Assembly (NCBI GenBank): GCA_963676105.1
Contig: OY781039.1
Span: 510,001 to 542,000 of the forward strand
DNA: 32,000 nucleotides
Reading direction: 5' to 3'
Origin: Erysipelotrichaceae bacterium
GTDB lineage: Bacteria; Bacillota_I; Bacilli_A; Erysipelotrichales; Erysipelotrichaceae
A program made the translations under genes and the position numbers. Under the pieces are notes generated by a model. That model made no database searches and was not told where the DNA came from. It saw only the letters and a program-made list of their open reading frames with translations. Below, one piece after another: positions 17,211 to 26,667 of the stretch; within the stretch, counting starts at the first letter, position 1; each line of letters opens with the position of its first letter.

Positions 17211-19202
17211 TTAGTCTAAAGATTCATGTTTTAATTCTTTCTTGCAATGTGCTATCCAAGCTTGAAATTTAAATTCATTGATATTTTTTAAAATTTCTTG
17301 TGAATCTTCTTGTGCTTTTAACAAGATGTTGTTGTCCTTAATCACATTCGCGACTAAAAACGAAGGAATACCCGATTGTTTTAATCCAAATAACTCACCA
17401 GGTCCACGGAGTTCTAAGTCTTTATTCGCAATATAAAAACCATCGCTACTCTCTTCTAAGACTTTTAATCTTTGAAGTGATAAGTCTTCTTCACTATCAC
17501 TTAGAAGATAACAATAACCCTCATCAGATCCACGACCTACCCTTCCTCTCAATTGATGTAGTTGTGATAAGCCAAAATGATCTGCATCATAAATAATCAT
17601 AATATTCGCTGTTTTTACATTGACCCCAACTTCTATAACTGTTGTTGAGACTAGAAAGTCTATTTTTTGATTAACAAAGTCTTGCATGATTAAATCTTTT
17701 TCTTGAGATTTTAATTGACCATGAAGTGATTCAACTTTAATTGATTTTGGTAAAGCTTTCTTAAGAGCTTTAGTAATGCTTTCTACAGATCGTGTCGAAG
17801 TTTCTTCATTATCAACAATCGCTGGACAAACTACATAAACTTGTTGTCCTTCAGCTACTTTACTTAATACATCATCTAATATGCTTTTGATTGAATTATC
17901 ATGTATAACTTTGGTATACACTTTTTGTTTACTTGAATGATAACTTGAAATCGTTGAAACATCTAAATCACCAAATACAACTGATGCCAGAGTACGAGGA
18001 ATTGGCGTCGCACTCATGAGTAGAAAATCGACTTGTTCACCTTTGTCTGATAACTTTCGTCTTTGATCCACCCCAAAACGATGTTGTTCATCCGCAATAA
18101 CTAAACCGACATTTTTAAATTGTACTGTATCTTGAATAATTGAATGAGTGCCAATTAAACAATCAATCTCGCCCTTTTCTAAACGCTCTAGTATAGCCTG
18201 TCTTTCTTTATTTGATTTTGATGAGCTTAAGACTTCAATTCTAACTGTATCTGGTAAGTATTGTTTTAAACTCTTTTCATGTTGATAAGCAAGTATTTCT
18301 GTTGGTACTAAAAAAGCTGTTTGAAAATTTGCTAAGATAGCTGCATACATGGATAAAGCTGCAATAACCGTTTTACCTGAGCCTACATCTCCTTGAAGCA
18401 AACGATACATACGCTTTGAAGATTGTAAGTCATTTAAGATGTCATTTAGCACTTTATCTTGTTCATCTGTTAATGAAAATGGCAATTTTGATTTCCATGT
18501 TTCTATCAAGCGACGATCAAAAACTTTAATACGACCAAAATCAATCCCCAAGTTTTCTTGACGATTTAGTTGTAACTTTGTTTGAAAGCGTAAGAACTCT
18601 TCATACTTAATGGTTCTAAGAGCCATATTGATTTCTTCTTGTCGTTTCGCTCTATGCATCCAATAGATGGCTTGTTTAAGACTGACTAATTTATAACGTT
18701 CTTTAAATATTTCTGGAATATCAACAAAGTCTAGTTCTTTTAAATGTGGTAAAACACGATCTAATATAAATTTGAATTCACTCGCACTTAAAGCTTTATG
18801 ACTAGAATAAATAGGATTTAAACCCATTTGAGCATCCATTGATTTCGTGTTATAAGTCATGATGGTTAATTTATTATTTGATTCAACTTTAGCACTACAA
18901 ACAATATGCATCCCCTCTTTTAACCAGGGACGATTGAACATCGTCATTTGAAATAATCGATCATTGGCTTGTAGAAGAAAGCTTGTACGCACTAATTTTG
19001 CTCGAATACGTTGATTTTTAACATCCAACACATCCCCTTCAAGCCAGACCTTATCTCCTTTAACCCAAGTAGAAGGATCAGTTATTTCAACATTGTCATA
19101 TCTAAGTGGAAATCGTAAACAGACATCAAGACATGTTAAAAGATTGTCATTAACAGCTTTTTCATATTTTTGTTTAGTTAATAAATCTTTTAATTGAATC
19201 AT
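17211..19202 (-). CDS. recG: ATP-dependent DNA helicase RecG
   Basis: 663 aa. Wedge/OB N-terminus and helicase motifs GDVGSGKT, DEQHRFG and QLRGRVGRG. Confidence 0.93.
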   Translation of the reverse strand: MIQLKDLLTKQKYEKAVNDNLLTCLDVCLRFPLRYDNVEITDPSTWVKGDKVWLEGDVLDVKNQRIRAKLVRTSFLLQANDRLFQMTMFNRPWLKEGMHIVCSAKVESNNKLTIMTYNTKSMDAQMGLNPIYSSHKALSASEFKFILDRVLPHLKELDFVDIPEIFKERYKLVSLKQAIYWMHRAKRQEEINMALRTIKYEEFLRFQTKLQLNRQENLGIDFGRIKVFDRRLIETWKSKLPFSLTDEQDKVLNDILNDLQSSKRMYRLLQGDVGSGKTVIAALSMYAAILANFQTAFLVPTEILAYQHEKSLKQYLPDTVRIEVLSSSKSNKERQAILERLEKGEIDCLIGTHSIIQDTVQFKNVGLVIADEQHRFGVDQRRKLSDKGEQVDFLLMSATPIPRTLASVVFGDLDVSTISSYHSSKQKVYTKVIHDNSIKSILDDVLSKVAEGQQVYVVCPAIVDNEETSTRSVESITKALKKALPKSIKVESLHGQLKSQEKDLIMQDFVNQKIDFLVSTTVIEVGVNVKTANIMIIYDADHFGLSQLHQLRGRVGRGSDEGYCYLLSDSEEDLSLQRLKVLEESSDGFYIANKDLELRGPGELFGLKQSGIPSFLVANVIKDNNILLKAQEDSQEILKNINEFKFQAWIAHCKKELKHESLD

Positions 19203-19211
19203 ATGTTTTGT

Positions 19212-19234
19212 AAAAAAAGGGCTACTGCCCTTTT
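19212..19234 (-). terminator. Intrinsic terminator-like hairpin between fakA(yloV) and recG
   Basis: Minus-strand RNA AAAAGGGC-AGUA-GCCCUUUU continuing into a U run (7 consecutive U after GCCC). It overlaps the fakA TAA stop (19233-19235) and ends 9 nt before the recG ATG. Confidence 0.55.
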
Positions 19235-20867
19235 ATTCTATACCAATAATATATGCGTATACAGGTTGATTACCTTGTATAATCTCTAATTCACAGTGAG
19301 CATGTGTGTCTTCAATGTATTTCGAAATTTCTGAACTATCTTCATCACTGACATCTTCTCCCACAATTAAGGTCACTAAGCCATCTTCTTCACTAATCGC
19401 TTTATCTAAGAGTGCTTTAGTAGCTTCAATTTGATTTTGTGTCGAAACAACAATTTGTTTTTCAAAGATGCCCATATAGTCACCTTCTTTAATGTCAACG
19501 CCATCAAAGCTTGTATCTTTTACGGCATATGTGACAGAAGCAGATTTTACTTTACTAAAGGCTTCACTCATTTCATTGATATTTTCGTCAATATCAACTT
19601 CAGGATTAAACATAATACATGCACTTAAACCTTGAGGAATTGTTTTGGTTGTTAAGACACGAATATCTTTGTCTTCCATAATCTCTTTAGCTTGTTGAGC
19701 TGCAAGTATGATATTTGAGTTATTTGGTAAAACAATAATATGATCGGCACTGATTTTTGAAATTGCCGCAACGAAGTCTTCAGTAGAAGGATTCATGGTT
19801 TGACCACCGGTAATAACCGTATCACAACGATATGATTTGAATGTTTCAACAACACCATCACCTGCTGCAACCGCAATTAATGCATATTTTTTATGTTCAA
19901 CTGGATGATCATGAGGTACTTCTTTGCCCATCAATTGTAGATGTTCATGTTGTTCCTGCATATTTTCAATTTTTAGTTTTACAAATTCACCAAAGCGTTG
20001 ACCTAAATTTAGTGCTTCACCTGGTGTTAAGGTATGAACGTGTACTTTAACCAGTTCTTCATCTTGTACAACCACTAATGAATCACCCAAATGAGCTAAT
20101 TGATCTCTAAATTTATCTTCAGAGAATTTAGACATCGTATTTTCATTAAGACGAATGATAAATTCAGTACAATAACCAAACTCATCATTTTCTAGTTCTG
20201 ATTGAACATTTGAACTAGTTTCCGTAAATGTTTCTAAACGTTCTACTGGTGTTCCAAGCAATCCGAGTTTAAAACCTTCTAGGATTTTAACATAACCAGC
20301 ACCACCACTATCAACCACGCCAACTTCTTTAAGCACAGGTAATAATTCAGGTGTACGAATGAGTGATTCGTGTGCTGATTGAATTAAGAAATCCATGGTT
20401 TCTAAGATATCTTTATCTGGATAAGCTGTGATAAATTCAGCTGTTGCATCTGCACTTTCTCTTAGTACAGTAAGGATTGTACCCTCTACTGGACGCATAA
20501 CAGCTTTATAAGCAATTTCTGTACCTTTGACAAAGGCATCAGATAAATCTTTCGCATTTAATTCAGATTTACCTTCAACAGATTGATAGAATCCTCTAAA
20601 AATTTGGGAAAGAATAACACCACTGTTACCACGGGCTCCCATGAGCAATCCTTTAGATAAAATTTTAGATAATTCACCAACATGTGCATTGTGAGCTTTC
20701 ATTAAGTCACCCACACCAGCACTAAAGGTTAAATTCATATTTGTTCCAGTATCACCATCTGGAACTGGGAATACATTTAAAGCATCAATTTCTTGATGAT
20801 GGTTTGTTAAGTTATTGGCACCACTGGCCAACATTGTTTTAAATTCACTTGCGTTAATGGTTTTCAT
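19233..20867 (-). CDS. fakA: DAK2-domain protein YloV / fatty acid kinase subunit FakA
   Basis: 544 aa. N-terminal Dak2 motif (PDGDTGTNM) and the conserved yloU-yloV pairing. Confidence 0.85.
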   Translation of the reverse strand: MKTINASEFKTMLASGANNLTNHHQEIDALNVFPVPDGDTGTNMNLTFSAGVGDLMKAHNAHVGELSKILSKGLLMGARGNSGVILSQIFRGFYQSVEGKSELNAKDLSDAFVKGTEIAYKAVMRPVEGTILTVLRESADATAEFITAYPDKDILETMDFLIQSAHESLIRTPELLPVLKEVGVVDSGGAGYVKILEGFKLGLLGTPVERLETFTETSSNVQSELENDEFGYCTEFIIRLNENTMSKFSEDKFRDQLAHLGDSLVVVQDEELVKVHVHTLTPGEALNLGQRFGEFVKLKIENMQEQHEHLQLMGKEVPHDHPVEHKKYALIAVAAGDGVVETFKSYRCDTVITGGQTMNPSTEDFVAAISKISADHIIVLPNNSNIILAAQQAKEIMEDKDIRVLTTKTIPQGLSACIMFNPEVDIDENINEMSEAFSKVKSASVTYAVKDTSFDGVDIKEGDYMGIFEKQIVVSTQNQIEATKALLDKAISEEDGLVTLIVGEDVSDEDSSEISKYIEDTHAHCELEIIQGNQPVYAYIIGIE

Positions 20868-20868
20868 C

Positions 20869-21228
20869 TTACTTGATCACACTTACGCCTTGAACATATA
20901 CGTTAATTGCACTGAATTTAACATCTAAAGATTTTTCTAGAACGTATTTAACATTCTTTTGTATTTCAAAAACAACTTCAGAAATTTTCACTCCAAAACC
21001 AATAATGATGTATAGATCTAATTCTAAGGCATCATTATTTTCTTTTACGACGACTCCTTTTGAATAATTATCTTTCTTCAAAAGTTCTGCTAATCCATCC
21101 TTTAAGACCTTTTGTGAGGCCATACCAACAACCCCGTAAGACTCAGTCACAACACCACCTGCTAAAGAAGCGATGGCTTCATGACTAATGTTAACTTGAC
21201 CGAAATCATTTGAGCGTTCTACTGACAT
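20869..21228 (-). CDS. Asp23/Gls24-family protein (YloU-like)
   Basis: 119 aa, Asp23-family pattern (ISHEAIASLAGGVV ... GVVGM). Lies immediately upstream of yloV with 1 nt between stop and start. Confidence 0.85.
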   Translation of the reverse strand: MSVERSNDFGQVNISHEAIASLAGGVVTESYGVVGMASQKVLKDGLAELLKKDNYSKGVVVKENNDALELDLYIIIGFGVKISEVVFEIQKNVKYVLEKSLDVKFSAINVYVQGVSVIK

Positions 21229-21266
21229 AAACTCTCCTTCAATCTATTTATTTTATTTTAACACAC

Positions 21267-22016
21267 TCATTCACTACTTAGTGTACAAGGGAAACTATAA
21301 GGAACTAAACTTAGTTCGTCAATGCTTAAGCATTTATGTTCAGGATTTAAAGCCTTTAAAATACTTTCATATTGATTAAGCACACTATAGCCTTTAAAGC
21401 CAGATGATACCTGAATACCATCTTGCATAATAATAAGCGTGTAATTATCATCAAAGCTTTGCGGATCTCTAAATATTTGACTCATTTGTACTATGGTTGA
21501 ATCTTTTAATGATGATAGTGTTTCTGCAACATCTCTTAAAACATCATCAGAAAAATCAATTAATTGAGGCACATCTAAAACAGGTTTTTGACCTTGATAA
21601 ACCGTGCCATTTTCAAGTAAATATAAAGTCATCGTATCGTTTAAAGATGCCACAACTCTGTATTCTCTTATATCAATAATTGTTTGATTCATTAAATGAG
21701 CATCAATTTTAATAGATTGTATAAGTGGATGTGATTCTAATTCACTCATATCTAATGCGGCAAAATTAAGTAAAGCGATATCACTAACATCAATTAATTC
21801 TTCAATTTCTGTTTGTGATAAGATTTGATTCCCTTTTATATCGAAACCTTTAAATTGATAAGCATCCAACGCAATATAAAGAAATATGCTAAAGGCTATC
21901 AAGGCATGAATAAATAAAAGTATTAATAGTTTTAGTGTTTTCTGTTTACGATCAAATTTACGTTGTTTTTTACGATCTTCAATTAAATCTTGAACAGCTT
22001 GTACATCTTGACTCAT
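21267..22016 (-). CDS. divIB: Cell division protein DivIB/FtsQ
   Basis: 249 aa. Basic cytoplasmic N-terminus, a single TM (LLILLFIHALIAFSIFLYIAL), then a POTRA-like region. Follows murB with a TAATG overlap. Confidence 0.8.
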   Translation of the reverse strand: MSQDVQAVQDLIEDRKKQRKFDRKQKTLKLLILLFIHALIAFSIFLYIALDAYQFKGFDIKGNQILSQTEIEELIDVSDIALLNFAALDMSELESHPLIQSIKIDAHLMNQTIIDIREYRVVASLNDTMTLYLLENGTVYQGQKPVLDVPQLIDFSDDVLRDVAETLSSLKDSTIVQMSQIFRDPQSFDDNYTLIIMQDGIQVSSGFKGYSVLNQYESILKALNPEHKCLSIDELSLVPYSFPCTLSSE

Positions 22017-22903
22017 TAGAAATTAAAGTACTCAACTTCGCGTTTTAAATGAATGCCATGTTTTTCATAGACTTTTTCTTGGACTAAGTTAATCAAAGCT
22101 AAGACATCAGTTGCTTTTGCATTTGAGCAGTTCACAATGAAATTGGCATGTTTAAGTGATATTTGCGCATCCCCTATTTTATGTCCTCTTAGACCCACAG
22201 ATTCTATGAGTTTCCATGACATTTCAGGATATGGATTTCTAAAAACCGAACCACAGGATGGCATATCTAAAGGTTGAGAATCTAAACGTCTTTGAAGACG
22301 ATCATTCATCATTTGAGTCGCTTCATCCATATTGCATTTATGAACAGCTAGTTCAGCCGCACATATAATGGTACTTGTTTCATCCATAAAACTTGAATAG
22401 CGATAATCAACTTTAATATCTTCACGATCTAACCAAGTGAGATTATTGTCTTTATAAACTAAAACACGATTTACACAATCATACATATTTTTTTGATAGG
22501 CTCCCGCATTCATAAATAGCGCACCACCTAAACTTCCTGGTATACCAGAAGCAAACTCTAAACCACCTAATTCATGCCTAACACAATCATGGGCTAATTT
22601 AATCAGTGAAACCCCTGCTTCTGCATATACATAATCACTATGATATTCAATTGTATTTAAAGCCTTATTTAAGCGGATAATGACGCCATCGTAAAGATTA
22701 TCACTAAACAGAATATTAGAACCTAAACCAAGCACTTTAAACGATATTGACTGTTCTCTTAAATAATCGATTGCTTCAGTTAATAAATTTAAACTTGTAG
22801 GTTCAAGTAAGTATTTACAGGTCCCACCAATGCGATAGGTTCCTAACGTTTTAAAAGAAACATTTTCACTTAGATGTCCAAATTTTTCTAATTGTTGTTT
22901 CAT
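22016..22903 (-). CDS. murB: UDP-N-acetylenolpyruvoylglucosamine reductase
   Basis: FAD-binding and MurB C-terminal motifs (GGTCKYL ... LGLGSN ... GSVFRNP). The start is set at MKQQLEKF (ATG 22901-22903), which forms an ATGA overlap with the murG stop. The ORF track start at 22963 is an upstream extension inside murG. Confidence 0.9.
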   Translation of the reverse strand: MKQQLEKFGHLSENVSFKTLGTYRIGGTCKYLLEPTSLNLLTEAIDYLREQSISFKVLGLGSNILFSDNLYDGVIIRLNKALNTIEYHSDYVYAEAGVSLIKLAHDCVRHELGGLEFASGIPGSLGGALFMNAGAYQKNMYDCVNRVLVYKDNNLTWLDREDIKVDYRYSSFMDETSTIICAAELAVHKCNMDEATQMMNDRLQRRLDSQPLDMPSCGSVFRNPYPEMSWKLIESVGLRGHKIGDAQISLKHANFIVNCSNAKATDVLALINLVQEKVYEKHGIHLKREVEYFNF

Positions 22904-23982
22904 TGTGATAACTCCGATAGTATCCAATCCAACATAGTCTCTGCAGCGTGTGGATAAGCACATGACTTAGCATTCTCTTTGAGTGTTTTTAATGTATTGT
23001 CATTGATTAAAATATTCATGATTTGTTTATGAAGTGAACTCGCTTCTAAATCTTTTTCTTCAATGATTTCACAACCATTTGCTTCATAGAGTTCTTTGGC
23101 ATTAAAAAACTGATGATTATTAGGTACATAAGGACTAGGAATAATAATTGAAGCAACACCTAAAACTGTTATTTCTGCGGCAGTTGTTGCGCCACCACGC
23201 GTTACCATTAAATCAATTTCTTGCATCGCCTTAACTTGATCAATATAAGGAACAATTTTGATGAATTGAGTTTCATCATTTTTTGAAATGAAGTCATCAT
23301 AGTGTTTTTGCCCCGTCACGAAGATACTTTGTATTCCATTTTGTTCTAGTGATTCTAGAACTGAAGATGCGACATCAAATATTGATTCAGCACCTAAAGA
23401 TCCCATGACAAATAAAACTGTTTTCTTTTTAGAGTCTAAACCTAGTGACTTTAGAATATTTTTATTTTTGCTTTCCTTCACATCATAAGATCTAGGATTA
23501 CCAAGTAATTTTGTCTTATCTTTTGGAAAATCTTCAAGATTTTTTGGATAAGAAGCAATAATACCATTTACCTTAGATGCTAAATACTTATTTGCTTTAC
23601 CCGCAATGGCGTTTTGTTCATGTAGAAAAGTCGGGATTTTTAATTTATAGGCTTCTAAAATAGCAGGCACACAAACATAGCCACCAAAACCTACAACCCA
23701 ATCTGCTTGAAAGTCTTTGAGAATATCTCTGGCTTCAAAACGTGTTAAAAAGACATGGCTATAGCGAATCGCTTTTTGAATGATATTGCCATGAATACTT
23801 TTTGTTGATAAACCTTTAAAAGAATACCCTGCTTCTGGAATAAGTTTACTTTCCATTCTCTCTTGATTTCCAATAAAAAGAATTTCAGCATCCGGATATC
23901 GATCTTTTATTAAATGGGCAAAGGATAAGGCAGGATAAATGTGTCCGCCAGTGCCGCCCGTTACAAGTACAATTTTCATCAT
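22900..23982 (-). CDS. murG: Undecaprenyldiphospho-muramoylpentapeptide beta-N-acetylglucosaminyltransferase
   Basis: 360 aa. N-terminal GGTGGHIYPA motif and GT28 family organisation. The start is either of two adjacent ATGs (23982 or 23979). Confidence 0.92.
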   Translation of the reverse strand: MMKIVLVTGGTGGHIYPALSFAHLIKDRYPDAEILFIGNQERMESKLIPEAGYSFKGLSTKSIHGNIIQKAIRYSHVFLTRFEARDILKDFQADWVVGFGGYVCVPAILEAYKLKIPTFLHEQNAIAGKANKYLASKVNGIIASYPKNLEDFPKDKTKLLGNPRSYDVKESKNKNILKSLGLDSKKKTVLFVMGSLGAESIFDVASSVLESLEQNGIQSIFVTGQKHYDDFISKNDETQFIKIVPYIDQVKAMQEIDLMVTRGGATTAAEITVLGVASIIIPSPYVPNNHQFFNAKELYEANGCEIIEEKDLEASSLHKQIMNILINDNTLKTLKENAKSCAYPHAAETMLDWILSELSQ

Positions 23983-24028
23983 AAGTCCTGTGATATTATA
24001 CCATGTTCACCATGTTAAAATAGGTCAT

Positions 24029-24676
24029 ATGAAGATAAAGTGTTTATTCCTTGATCATGATGATACGATCGTTGATTCTACCAAACATATCCATTATCCA
24101 GCCTTTTGTGAAACACTACAAAAACTCAGACCTGAAGAAGAGCTTATCACTTATTTAGACTTTGTTGATTATTGTCATAAAGAAGGTTTTATGGACTTAT
24201 GTTTAAAAAAATATCAATTTAATGAAGAAGAAATGAAAATCGAATACGCGATCTGGAAATCCTATACACGTACCCAAATTCCAGATGTTTTTGAGGGTAT
24301 TAAGGATGTATTGATTAAGTTTAAACAAGCAGGTGGACTTATTGTGGTTGTATCACATTCTGAAGCACCTGAAATAAAACGAGATTATAAACATCATTTT
24401 AATTTTGAACCAGATGAAATATATGGTTGGGAAAGAGTAGAAACTGAGCGAAAACCTCACCCTTTCCCTATTTTAGATAGTTTAAATAAATTCCATCTAA
24501 ACCCATCTGAATGCTTAATGTTAGATGATATGTCACTGGGTCAACAAATGGCACATAAAACAAATGTCCCTTTTGCTTGGGCAGCATGGACCCATCATGA
24601 AAATGGAATAGAAAAAAACGCATCTGATCTAAGCTTTATAGATGTGAATGCGTTTAAAGATTTTTTAGATTTATAA
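24029..24676 (+). CDS. HAD-superfamily hydrolase
   Basis: Motif I FLDHDDTIVDS (DxDxT) and a C-terminal DD motif (MLDDMSLG). The start is set at MKIKCLF (24029). The ORF track start at 23939 runs antisense into murG. Confidence 0.75.
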   Translation: MKIKCLFLDHDDTIVDSTKHIHYPAFCETLQKLRPEEELITYLDFVDYCHKEGFMDLCLKKYQFNEEEMKIEYAIWKSYTRTQIPDVFEGIKDVLIKFKQAGGLIVVVSHSEAPEIKRDYKHHFNFEPDEIYGWERVETERKPHPFPILDSLNKFHLNPSECLMLDDMSLGQQMAHKTNVPFAWAAWTHHENGIEKNASDLSFIDVNAFKDFLDL

Positions 24677-24677
24677 A

Positions 24678-25001
24678 CTAGCGAACTAAGCCATAACGCC
24701 AAGTTGATACACCACCAATGTTATAGGCTTTTTCATAACCTAATTTAGTGACAAAATTAGTCGCATCGCCTGCGCGTGCACCGCTATAACAAATAATGAA
24801 ATACGTTTTATCTTTATCAGGAAACTGTCTTTCAAATTGTGAAGGCACAGTATCGAGTGGGACATTTATTGCGCCATCGATATGAGCATCTCTAAATTCT
24901 TCAATGGTTCTAACATCTACTAATACGATATTAGAATCTTTTTCCATTTGTGCATAGGCTTCTTCTTGACTTAAACTATTTACTTTGCGAAATCCAAACA
25001 T
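24678..25001 (-). CDS. Single-domain rhodanese (sulfurtransferase)
   Basis: Active-site loop CYSGARAG and rhodanese fold pattern (VDVRTIEEF ... HIDGAINVP). The start is set at MFGFRK (ATG 24999-25001), 8 nt after AAGGAG. The ORF track start is at 25028. Confidence 0.8.
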   Translation of the reverse strand: MFGFRKVNSLSQEEAYAQMEKDSNIVLVDVRTIEEFRDAHIDGAINVPLDTVPSQFERQFPDKDKTYFIICYSGARAGDATNFVTKLGYEKAYNIGGVSTWRYGLVR

Positions 25002-25032
25002 TTTCTTACTCTCCTTGCGTTTAACCATTGTT

Positions 25033-25060
25033 ATTTTAACATAAGGGACAGAACTTGCAA
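25033..25060 (-). promoter_or_regulatory. Candidate promoter for the rhodanese gene
   Basis: TTGCAA (25055-25060), a 16-nt spacer, then TGtTAAAAT (-10 at 25033-25038). Confidence 0.35.
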
Positions 25061-25069
25061 GAGATTTAA

Positions 25070-26068
25070 TTAAAATAATTCAGATTGATGATTATACCCT
25101 AGATGAGCATAGGCTTTTTCAGTTACAACACGGCCTCTAGGTGTTCGATTAATAAAGCCAATTTGTAATAAATATGGTTCATAAACATCTTCTAGTGTCA
25201 TCGGTTCTTCTTGAATACAAGAAGCGATAGCTTCAAGTCCAACAGGACCTCCTTTAAAGCGATCGATGATCCCTTTTAAATAGCGAATATCGACATCATC
25301 TAAACCTAAATGATCAACTTTTAAACGATCTAAAGCTAGATTAGCCACTTCTAAACTAATAATCCCTTCATTTAAGACTTGCGCAAAATCTCTGACTCGT
25401 CTAAATAAACGATTGGCAATACGAGGTGTACCACGAGACCGTTTCGCAATCTCACATATCGCATCATCTTTAATGGGTGTCGATAATACGCGTGAACTTC
25501 TTTCTAGAATGAGTTCTAATTCTTTTTCATTGTAGTAATCTAATTTGGATACAATCCCAAAACGATCACGAAGTGGCGCTGTTAAATCTCCGGCTCTAGT
25601 GGTTGCGCCAACAAGTGTAAATGGAGGAAGTTCTAAACGAATGCTACGAACATTACTATCTTTTCCAACTACCACATCAATGACATAGTCTTCCATTGCC
25701 GGATATAAGACTTCCTCAACCGCTTTTGGTAAACGATGAATCTCATCTATGAATAAGACATCACCTGCTTCTAATGTACTTAAAATAGCTGCTAAATCGC
25801 CTGAGCGCTCAACAGATGGACCAGATGTCACTTTGATATTTGATCCCATTTCATGTGAAAGAATATGGGCTAGTGTTGTCTTTCCTAATCCTGGTGGACC
25901 ATAAAGCAATACATGGTCTAAACTTTCATTTCGTTTTTGAGCTGCCTGAATAAAAACACTTAAATTATCTTTGAGTGCACTTTGGCCCACGTATTCTGTA
26001 AGCGACGCAGGACGAAGCGAGATATCATCATCACCACTTTGAATTTGACTTGATAAAAGTTCTTCCAT
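25070..26068 (-). CDS. ruvB: Holliday junction branch migration helicase RuvB
   Basis: 332 aa. AAA+ Walker [10 protein letters not shown], Walker B FIDEIH, sensor motifs and the RuvB C-terminal winged helix. Confidence 0.95.
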   Translation of the reverse strand: MEELLSSQIQSGDDDISLRPASLTEYVGQSALKDNLSVFIQAAQKRNESLDHVLLYGPPGLGKTTLAHILSHEMGSNIKVTSGPSVERSGDLAAILSTLEAGDVLFIDEIHRLPKAVEEVLYPAMEDYVIDVVVGKDSNVRSIRLELPPFTLVGATTRAGDLTAPLRDRFGIVSKLDYYNEKELELILERSSRVLSTPIKDDAICEIAKRSRGTPRIANRLFRRVRDFAQVLNEGIISLEVANLALDRLKVDHLGLDDVDIRYLKGIIDRFKGGPVGLEAIASCIQEEPMTLEDVYEPYLLQIGFINRTPRGRVVTEKAYAHLGYNHQSELF

Positions 26069-26647
26069 TTAATTACCCTTTCTTTGATTTAATAACACTA
26101 ATGCGCGTTTAAGAAGTTGATCTACATCTTCATCTTTATGTGGATCTAAGGCTTTATGTAAGAAACTTAACTCACTAACTTTGTAGCCAAATGTCTTAAG
26201 TGCTTCAAGTGTATCTTGAATATTTACAGAGGCCTTTGACTTATCTATATGCTCATTAACGAGTTTTCCCTTAAGATCTAAGATAATTTGTTGAGCAGTT
26301 TTTCCACCAATGCCTGGCATTTTCTTTAAAAAGCTAACATCACTGGATTCAATAGCTGAAATAATTTCACTTGCTTTTGCGTTAATAAACATACTATTCG
26401 CAATACGGGGTCCAATCCCTTTAACAGAGATTAAACGTTCAAATAATTCATAGTTATCTAATGACAAAAATCCGTAAAGACTTTGATCATCTTCACGGAT
26501 ATTGTGATAGGTATAGAAAAATACCTCTTGATTTAATTTTAAGACTTCAGGTTTTGAGAAAAAGACGCGATAACCAACGCCATGTGTTTCAACAATAACC
26601 CAATCTTCTCTGATGAGGATACAGAGTCCACGAATACTTGCAATCAT
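26069..26647 (-). CDS. ruvA: Holliday junction DNA-binding protein RuvA
   Basis: 192 aa. N-terminal OB (MIASIRG ... GVGY), two HhH motifs (VKGIGPRIA; MPGIGGKTA). Abuts ruvB with no gap. Confidence 0.92.
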   Translation of the reverse strand: MIASIRGLCILIREDWVIVETHGVGYRVFFSKPEVLKLNQEVFFYTYHNIREDDQSLYGFLSLDNYELFERLISVKGIGPRIANSMFINAKASEIISAIESSDVSFLKKMPGIGGKTAQQIILDLKGKLVNEHIDKSKASVNIQDTLEALKTFGYKVSELSFLHKALDPHKDEDVDQLLKRALVLLNQRKGN

Positions 26648-26667
26648 ATGCTCAATTATAGCATTAA

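Noticed and set aside
22939-22947. Perfect DnaA-box 9-mers TGTGGATAA at 22939-22947 (inside murG) and 27980-27988 (3' end of rpmA, just upstream of the obg terminator).
   Set aside because: Two isolated matches within coding sequence over 32 kb of AT-rich DNA are close to chance expectation. There is no cluster and no adjacent AT-rich unwinding element, so this is not an origin. A regulatory role at obg is unsupported.
22904-22963. N-terminal extension of murB (MCLSTRCRDYVG...). Analogous extensions occur on the HAD gene (23939-24028), rhodanese (25002-25028), obg (27940-27951) and the SBP (1629-1643).
   Set aside because: The extensions overlap upstream genes or lack an SD. Internal ATGs with good SD spacing give canonical N-termini.
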